Shown piece after piece: positions 58,780 to 64,000 of a stretch of 64,000 nt of DNA (position 1 is the first letter of the stretch; each line of letters opens with the position of its first letter). Origin of the DNA: Defluviitaleaceae bacterium (GTDB taxonomy: Bacteria; Bacillota; Clostridia; Lachnospirales; WQUN01); NCBI GenBank assembly GCA_009780315.1, contig WRAH01000009.1, forward strand, positions 13,516 to 77,515. Direction: 5' to 3'. The translations under genes and the position numbers were made by a program. The notes under the pieces were generated by a model that worked only from the letters and a program-made list of their open reading frames with translations, made no database searches and was not told the DNA's origin.

Positions 58780-58935
58780 GCTCCGTTCGGGGAAGCCATG
58801 TAGTGCCGCAACGTATCTGACTTATCAATAGCGGCAAATTGCCGCATCGCATCACAGTGACCCGCTCGCAGGGAATCTCACCCTATTCCGCTCCAAATAT
58901 TTATAAATACTAAAAATATCTTGGCAGCAGCACCA
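58780..58935 (-). promoter_or_regulatory. Probable cobalamin (B12) riboswitch, short or atypical variant
   Basis: The minus strand shows the conserved blocks in canonical order: GGTGAGATTCC (L4-type loop closed by AGGG/CCCT), GGTCACTGTGA, and a B12-box-like AAGTCAGATAC. In addition, 5' GGTGCTGC pairs with GCGGCACT just after the B12 box. A terminator lies downstream. No covariance-model search was run. Confidence 0.6.
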
Positions 58936-58954
58936 TCTATTATGTTGTAACTTT

Positions 58955-58983
58955 AGTTTACATCACCCTACAAAAATTTGCAA
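58955..58983 (-). promoter_or_regulatory. Sigma-A-type promoter of the riboswitch-led operon
   Basis: Minus strand reads TTGCAA (58983-58978), a 17-nt spacer, then TAAACT (58960-58955). It lies immediately after the stop of the upstream M23 gene. Confidence 0.5.
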
Positions 58984-58990
58984 TATTCAT

Positions 58991-60202
58991 TTACCTAAAA
59001 TATTGCATTGGGTCAACCGGCACATTATTACGACGAATTTCAAAGTGAATATGCGGGCCTGTAGACATTCCTGTCGAGCCTACATCAGCAATATGCTGAC
59101 CACGTGTTACCGCTTGCCCTGTCACTACACGATTGACAGAATTATGGGCATATAAGGTACTATACCCATTACCATGGTCGATAATAACTGTCAGACCAAA
59201 TCCACTACTCCACCCTGCAAAACGTACATATCCGTCTGCGGCGGCAACAAGGCGTGTCCCTGTAGGAGCCCCTACGTCAATACCTTGATGCATTCTGTTT
59301 ACACCAAGTATAGGGTGTCTACGCATACCAAAGGGGCTGGAAATGCGGCTATGGGTTGGTATTGGCCAGGCAAACTGTCCGTTAAAATTATTAAGCCGTT
59401 CTAAGTTGGCATTGTGTGCCTCACGGCTGCGCTGTGCGGCAAGTGCCGCCGCTTCGTTTTGATACCTAGCCCGATAAATACCATACTGGTCATCCAGTAA
59501 ACGTCTATCATAGTCTAACACTGCAATCACTGCCGCTAACCGTTCTGCATCTTCAGACAGGGCGTAAAGCCATACTTCCCGCTCTTCAAGTGCCGCTTGC
59601 AGTTCAACTTGTGTTGCTTCTTCTAAAAATCTTAAATCATGAAGCATGTTTTCTTCCCGAAACAATGCGTCTGCATTGGCAATAATTTGCTCTTCTGCGT
59701 CTTCAATTCGTGTAATCATATCACGGTCAAACTGAGCCACTGTTTGCACGATTTCCATTCGCGCAAAAAAATCACTAATACTTGTTGCGTCAAAAAGCAC
59801 TTCCAGCCAACCTGTTGGCCCTTGCATGTACATGGCCCTTAAACGCGCACGGAATACTTCATATTGCAAGTCGCGCTCTTCATGGGCTAATGCTAAAGCA
59901 TGATATGTTTCTTCTCTTCTGGATTCTGTCATCACCAGTGACATTTCAATGCTTTCAAGCCGCTCTGCCGCATCCATAAAACGCTGGTCTAGCACTTGCA
60001 TTTCTGCCACAAGTTCAGACATCTCATGTTCTGTTCCTGCAAGTAAGTTTTGGTTTTCGCTTAACTCACGCCTGACAGCGTCCCGTTGTGCTTCAATTTC
60101 ACGAAGCTGCTCACGTGTTTGCTGGGTTGCGCCAACTGTTAATACAGAAATAAGGGATAATATCACTGCAAGTATGATTAAAACCATTGATTTCTTTTTC
60201 AT
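58991..60202 (-). CDS. M23-family metallopeptidase with an N-terminal coiled coil (EnvC-like architecture, catalytic residues intact)
   Basis: Signal or anchor segment, a roughly 250-aa coiled coil, HQGIDVGAPTGT (HxxxD) and GPHIHFEIR (HxH). Confidence 0.88.
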   Translation of the reverse strand: MKKKSMVLIILAVILSLISVLTVGATQQTREQLREIEAQRDAVRRELSENQNLLAGTEHEMSELVAEMQVLDQRFMDAAERLESIEMSLVMTESRREETYHALALAHEERDLQYEVFRARLRAMYMQGPTGWLEVLFDATSISDFFARMEIVQTVAQFDRDMITRIEDAEEQIIANADALFREENMLHDLRFLEEATQVELQAALEEREVWLYALSEDAERLAAVIAVLDYDRRLLDDQYGIYRARYQNEAAALAAQRSREAHNANLERLNNFNGQFAWPIPTHSRISSPFGMRRHPILGVNRMHQGIDVGAPTGTRLVAAADGYVRFAGWSSGFGLTVIIDHGNGYSTLYAHNSVNRVVTGQAVTRGQHIADVGSTGMSTGPHIHFEIRRNNVPVDPMQYFR

Positions 60203-60215
60203 GCCTTAGCACCAC

Positions 60216-61919
60216 CTATAAAATTTCAATGCCAAAAATACGTTGCCCACGTGTACCGACGACTATCATGTTGCCAAAAATGGCAGGTGAAGCTTCCACA
60301 TTTGAGCCTAGATTTATTGTGTACAAAACTTCCCCTGTTGTGCCTTGAATCAAATGCATAACACCGCCAGAATCACTGACAATGATATAACTTGTACCAT
60401 CCTCTGTATACACTGCCACAGGGGAACTCCATCCCCAGCGCGGCATAATATTTTCCCAAACAATTTCTCCTGTAGTGCGGTTAAAAGCAGTAAGCGCACC
60501 ACTTCCGCCGCGCCCAATCACCATTGCTGTCCAAAAAATCACAAGGTCATCAATATCATGCTGTCCAATCACCGGCGTTGCGGTTACACCGCCATTCACC
60601 GCTGTATTATACACGCAACGATAGGAATATTCCCAAATAACTTCACCATTTGATGCATTTAATTTACGAATAAATGCAGACCCACCATGTCCTTGTAAAT
60701 CAACCTGTGTGGCAGTGTATAAATAAAGCTGTTGGGTAGCTTCACTCCATTCCAACACAATTGTACTATCTGTATCATCACCTGCATTAAATGCCCACAC
60801 AGGTTCAAGGGTTCTTAAATCTAAACACTGAATCATACCACTATTGTCGGCAAAAAATAAATAATGTCCAAAACCTGTTGGAGAGTTTTCAATGCCTAAT
60901 CGCCGTCCTGTTTGATGCCAATAGCGGGAAATCACAGGGTCGATAGCAATACTTGGGGTGGTTCTGTCAAAGTGTGTATTTAGCAAAATGCTGTATAGAA
61001 CCCCATTTTCGCCAGCTAAAATCATCCTATCATTCACAGAATCAAAAAGCGGGTTACTATCAAAAGCCCCCCAACGGCGCGGTGCAATACTTTCCATCCC
61101 GTTGATAAAAAACATCTCCGAACTATCAATTAACGAAAAAATATAATAGCCAAAACGATTGCCTGCTTGGTCCCCCTGCCCTACATATAAAATAGGGTAT
61201 CCCCGTGGGTCAATGGTGATTCCACCTTTAATGGGTACACCAACGCGAAGTGTATCGCGGGTAGGTTCGCCTGTAAATAAGTCAAAAAAATATACATTGC
61301 CATCCAATGCACCTTGAATAACCTCTACCAGATTAGGGTTGTCACGATGCTGTGGGTAAATATTCATAAGCTGTTGAATTTCAAAATCCCACTGAACAAT
61401 TGCTGGCTGTCCTGTCCAACCAACACCTGTCCAACGTCCTAAACTTCCTATATTTAAACTGTATCGTTGCGCTAATCTTTGCTCTGTTACATCAACCGTT
61501 CCCCATGCAGCACTATTGCGAAAATTGTTTCCGCGAAAGGTGGTAATGCCCGCCAATGCCGCATATGTATCAGGCATTCCAAAATGAATAGGATATAGTG
61601 AACCTTCAATCCTTGAATCAAAACTAAACCCTCTGACATTTGCAGGGTCTGTTTCAGGTGTGCTATGGGGGTGAAATAACGCCCATGGAGGTGGTGTTGG
61701 CTCTGGCGTGGGTTCTGGAGTAGGTATTGGCTCCGGCGTAGGGGTGGGATTTGGCGTAGGCATAGGAGTGGGTTCAGGCAAAGTATCCACCGTTGTTGCC
61801 AATACCACATCCCCCATTTCTTCAACATCACTTCTAAAATATAAAAAATAAACGCCGCCTGCCGCAATAGCCACCACAGCCAAAATTCCTACCATACTAA
61901 AAACTGTTCCTAAACGCAT
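60216..61919 (-). CDS. Membrane-anchored PQQ-like (BamB-like) beta-propeller repeat protein
   Basis: N-terminal TM anchor and a PT/PE-rich linker (PTPMPTPNPTPTPEPIPTPEPTPEPTPPP). Repeated motifs of the type G.V.W (NASNGEVIWEY, NRTTGEIVWEN, QGTTGEVLYTI). Confidence 0.8.
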   Translation of the reverse strand: MRLGTVFSMVGILAVVAIAAGGVYFLYFRSDVEEMGDVVLATTVDTLPEPTPMPTPNPTPTPEPIPTPEPTPEPTPPPWALFHPHSTPETDPANVRGFSFDSRIEGSLYPIHFGMPDTYAALAGITTFRGNNFRNSAAWGTVDVTEQRLAQRYSLNIGSLGRWTGVGWTGQPAIVQWDFEIQQLMNIYPQHRDNPNLVEVIQGALDGNVYFFDLFTGEPTRDTLRVGVPIKGGITIDPRGYPILYVGQGDQAGNRFGYYIFSLIDSSEMFFINGMESIAPRRWGAFDSNPLFDSVNDRMILAGENGVLYSILLNTHFDRTTPSIAIDPVISRYWHQTGRRLGIENSPTGFGHYLFFADNSGMIQCLDLRTLEPVWAFNAGDDTDSTIVLEWSEATQQLYLYTATQVDLQGHGGSAFIRKLNASNGEVIWEYSYRCVYNTAVNGGVTATPVIGQHDIDDLVIFWTAMVIGRGGSGALTAFNRTTGEIVWENIMPRWGWSSPVAVYTEDGTSYIIVSDSGGVMHLIQGTTGEVLYTINLGSNVEASPAIFGNMIVVGTRGQRIFGIEIL

Positions 61920-61950
61920 GATTTAAGTCCTCCATCCAAAATGTAAAAGG

Positions 61951-63120
61951 TTAATTTCCTTCAAAAAAGAAATTTATTGGATTTACAGGTTTGCCATTGA
62001 CATGTACTTCATAATGAAGGTGCGGAGTAGAGGCACGCCCTGTACTTCCAACATAAGCAATAACATCGCCTCGTGATACTTCTTGCCCAACATATACTAA
62101 ATTGACAGTATTGTGGGCGTATAGTGTAACAATGCCTATCCCATGGTCGATAAAAACAACATTGCCAAACCCATTGCGCCAACCAACATAAGTGACTATG
62201 CCACCTCCGCCTGCCATAATAGGCGTACCTGTAGGTGCAGGAACATCTACACCATAATGATGTCGGATACTTCCATCAAATGGGTCATTGCGAAAACCAA
62301 AAGGCGATGTAATCACTCCGCCTTTGATAGGAAAAAGCGTTGGAAAGTTGCGCAAATAAATATCAATGCTTTCCAAATGACTTTCAATACTGTCATGTAA
62401 TATCCGCTGTACGTACAATTCATCATTGAGTATGGCAATGCGGTGAATGACCGTCTCAAGAGAAATTTCACTATGTTCAATTAGACTCATTAGCCCAGCT
62501 GCAACAATAGGTTCACTTGTGTGAAGTTCAATTAAAGCATATTGTGCGGCTTCAAGGGCTGGCAGTATATCTTCAACGCCAGGGATAAAGGTGCGGGTTC
62601 TAAGCCGTGCAATTGTTTCTTGACGCGTTGATTCAAGATTGTCAAGCATATTTTCAAGATAGTTTATATGCGCCCAAATATCACCTAATTCATATTGCTG
62701 ACGTAATAATTGATGATTAACTTCCTGCTGTGCCAGTGCTTGTTCTTCGTTTAGCTGTTCACTAAGTTCTGCAACGGTACCCAGAAGTTCGGCTTCTTCT
62801 TGTGCAAATACCATTTGAAATTCATCAAATGCATCCCTAGCTTCACTGAGTTCCTCATAAAATTGACTGATGACATGAACAAAATAATGACTTCTCAAAA
62901 ATAATCCAGCAATCGTAAGCACTATCACAAAAATAGCAATGGCTATACCATGAAATACTGTACGTGGCATACGTAAACTTTTAACCGACTCAACTGCATT
63001 AGAGGGAACTATCATAATTGAAATATATTTCATCTGTTTATGAGAGTTTTTATTGATGAGTTCACTAGCCTTTTTTATCGCCGGACGCGATGCTTGGGAT
63101 TTTTTCCAAAATTGCACCAC
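61951..63120 (-). CDS. M23-family metallopeptidase with a TM anchor and coiled coil
   Basis: TM segment FHGIAIAIFVIVLTIAGLF, a coiled coil, HYGVDVPAPTGT and TPHLHYEVH. Confidence 0.88.
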   Translation of the reverse strand: MVQFWKKSQASRPAIKKASELINKNSHKQMKYISIMIVPSNAVESVKSLRMPRTVFHGIAIAIFVIVLTIAGLFLRSHYFVHVISQFYEELSEARDAFDEFQMVFAQEEAELLGTVAELSEQLNEEQALAQQEVNHQLLRQQYELGDIWAHINYLENMLDNLESTRQETIARLRTRTFIPGVEDILPALEAAQYALIELHTSEPIVAAGLMSLIEHSEISLETVIHRIAILNDELYVQRILHDSIESHLESIDIYLRNFPTLFPIKGGVITSPFGFRNDPFDGSIRHHYGVDVPAPTGTPIMAGGGGIVTYVGWRNGFGNVVFIDHGIGIVTLYAHNTVNLVYVGQEVSRGDVIAYVGSTGRASTPHLHYEVHVNGKPVNPINFFFEGN

Positions 63121-63169
63121 GCACCTCCTTTATTTCAACAGAAGTTTTGTCTTTATGTATTACTTACCA

Positions 63170-63198
63170 AATATAACATGTTGACAACAATTTTTCAA
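63170..63198 (-). promoter_or_regulatory. Sigma-A-type promoter of the M23 / propeller / M23 cluster
   Basis: Minus strand reads TTGAAA, a 17-nt spacer, then TATATT. Confidence 0.55.
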
Positions 63199-63253
63199 GC
63201 AAAAGTTACATAATTATTACAAAAATATTAAAAACCGCTTTTTATCGCAGCTT

Positions 63254-64000
63254 TCATACAATTTCTATTTTATTGATAAACTTCTTCACAACACGATTCA
63301 TATTATTTACGATGACATCACCTGTAATGCGTAAGTTCTTTTTTTCACTTGCTTTATTAAGCTGCTCAATTTGTTTATACACTGCGTCAAGATTTTCTGT
63401 TCCACTTGCAAAAACCTGCTGTAAAATTTGCATTGCCCTTGCATAACCTTCTTCAATCATATATTGAATGGAATCATCTGTCATGCAAATAGAACTTGAA
63501 ATGATTTTATTGTCGGAAAAATTCATTTTAATCACTTTATTATCCAACAACTCATTTTCAAAAATATAATCATGCTCATCAAAGTAAATGCAAATGATAT
63601 AATCAATAGGGTGTTGTAAAATTGGTTGAATAGGAATGTTGTCCACTATTGCCCCATCATAAAAATACTCACCGTCAATTAAAACACTTGCGTTAAAGAC
63701 AGGCATAGCAATACTGGCTTGAAGATATGGCTCTATGTCTTGGGGCGGCACTTTTCCAATGTCTACATAGATGAGTTTTCTTTTTTTAATACTTACCAGT
63801 GGAATATAGCATGTATTTGATATTGCCGAACTGCTTGCAGCTATTTTTCTTACGGCTTGTTGCATAAAATCGCTTTTTAATATAGAGGTTGCCCATTTTT
63901 TCACATTGCCGCCACTTACAGAACTCCAAATTTCAATACCTTTTTCCATTGCATTTGTAAGAAATACATATGTATTTAAAGCCCCTACCGAAGCCGAGCT
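63254..64000 (-). CDS. Patatin-like phospholipase (partial; N-terminus lies beyond the right edge)
   Basis: The frame stays open upstream of the track ATG (63949) to the window end (…SSASVGALNTYVFLTNA-MEKG), which gives the nucleophile-elbow-like SASVG. The catalytic Asp motif is YFYDGAIVDNIP. Confidence 0.65.
   Translation of the reverse strand, partial: SSASVGALNTYVFLTNAMEKGIEIWSSVSGGNVKKWATSILKSDFMQQAVRKIAASSSAISNTCYIPLVSIKKRKLIYVDIGKVPPQDIEPYLQASIAMPVFNASVLIDGEYFYDGAIVDNIPIQPILQHPIDYIICIYFDEHDYIFENELLDNKVIKMNFSDNKIISSSICMTDDSIQYMIEEGYARAMQILQQVFASGTENLDAVYKQIEQLNKASEKKNLRITGDVIVNNMNRVVKKFINKIEIV

Noticed and set aside
63254-64000. Patatin-like phospholipase as a possible anti-phage effector (CBASS-type or similar)
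   Set aside because: The gene is truncated by the window edge. No cyclase, sensor or other defence partner is visible, and the downstream neighbours are cell-wall hydrolases.

Overview
This looks like a chromosomal segment of an AT-rich, spore-forming Firmicute of the Clostridia type. The evidence for that is cotF-like genes, spmAB, abrB, spoVE/ftsW, a CIRCE-controlled groESL, SLH-anchored and sortase-type surface proteins, and strong AGGAGG-type ribosome-binding sites. About 50 CDS are supported. I saw no rRNA, canonical tRNA, CRISPR array, transposase or integrase.

Housekeeping blocks:
- glgB
- rplJ-rplL fused to ppdK
- ligA
- groES-groEL
- murE-murF-mraY-murD-ftsW

These are interleaved with cell-envelope and accessory modules:
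- A two-component system placed divergently to a receiver-only paralog, followed by a MacAB-like exporter with a 700-aa adaptor.
- A 1.9k-aa repeat adhesin next to a sigma-TM-repeat fusion protein and an ABC-2 transporter.
- A sugar ABC importer.
- An M23 / beta-propeller / M23 cluster.

Most interesting locus: a roughly 10.4-kb minus-strand operon at 48482..58983. It starts with a probable cobalamin riboswitch. It then encodes a 1681-aa SLH-anchored protein carrying an alpha/alpha-barrel plus DUF4430 modules, which is the transcobalamin / intrinsic-factor architecture. Stand-alone paralogs of both modules follow, and then an ECF importer whose two ATPases are fused to an S component. I read this as a candidate Gram-positive surface corrinoid-capture system.

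Other second-look items:
- A promoter-plus-terminator-bounded, cloverleaf-like small RNA candidate (48291..48490).
- A single-chain tandem AbrB-fold protein.
- An ECF-type sigma factor fused through a TM helix to an extracellular domain homologous to the last repeat of the neighbouring adhesin.

All calls come from reading the translations and the DNA by eye. No database search was run.
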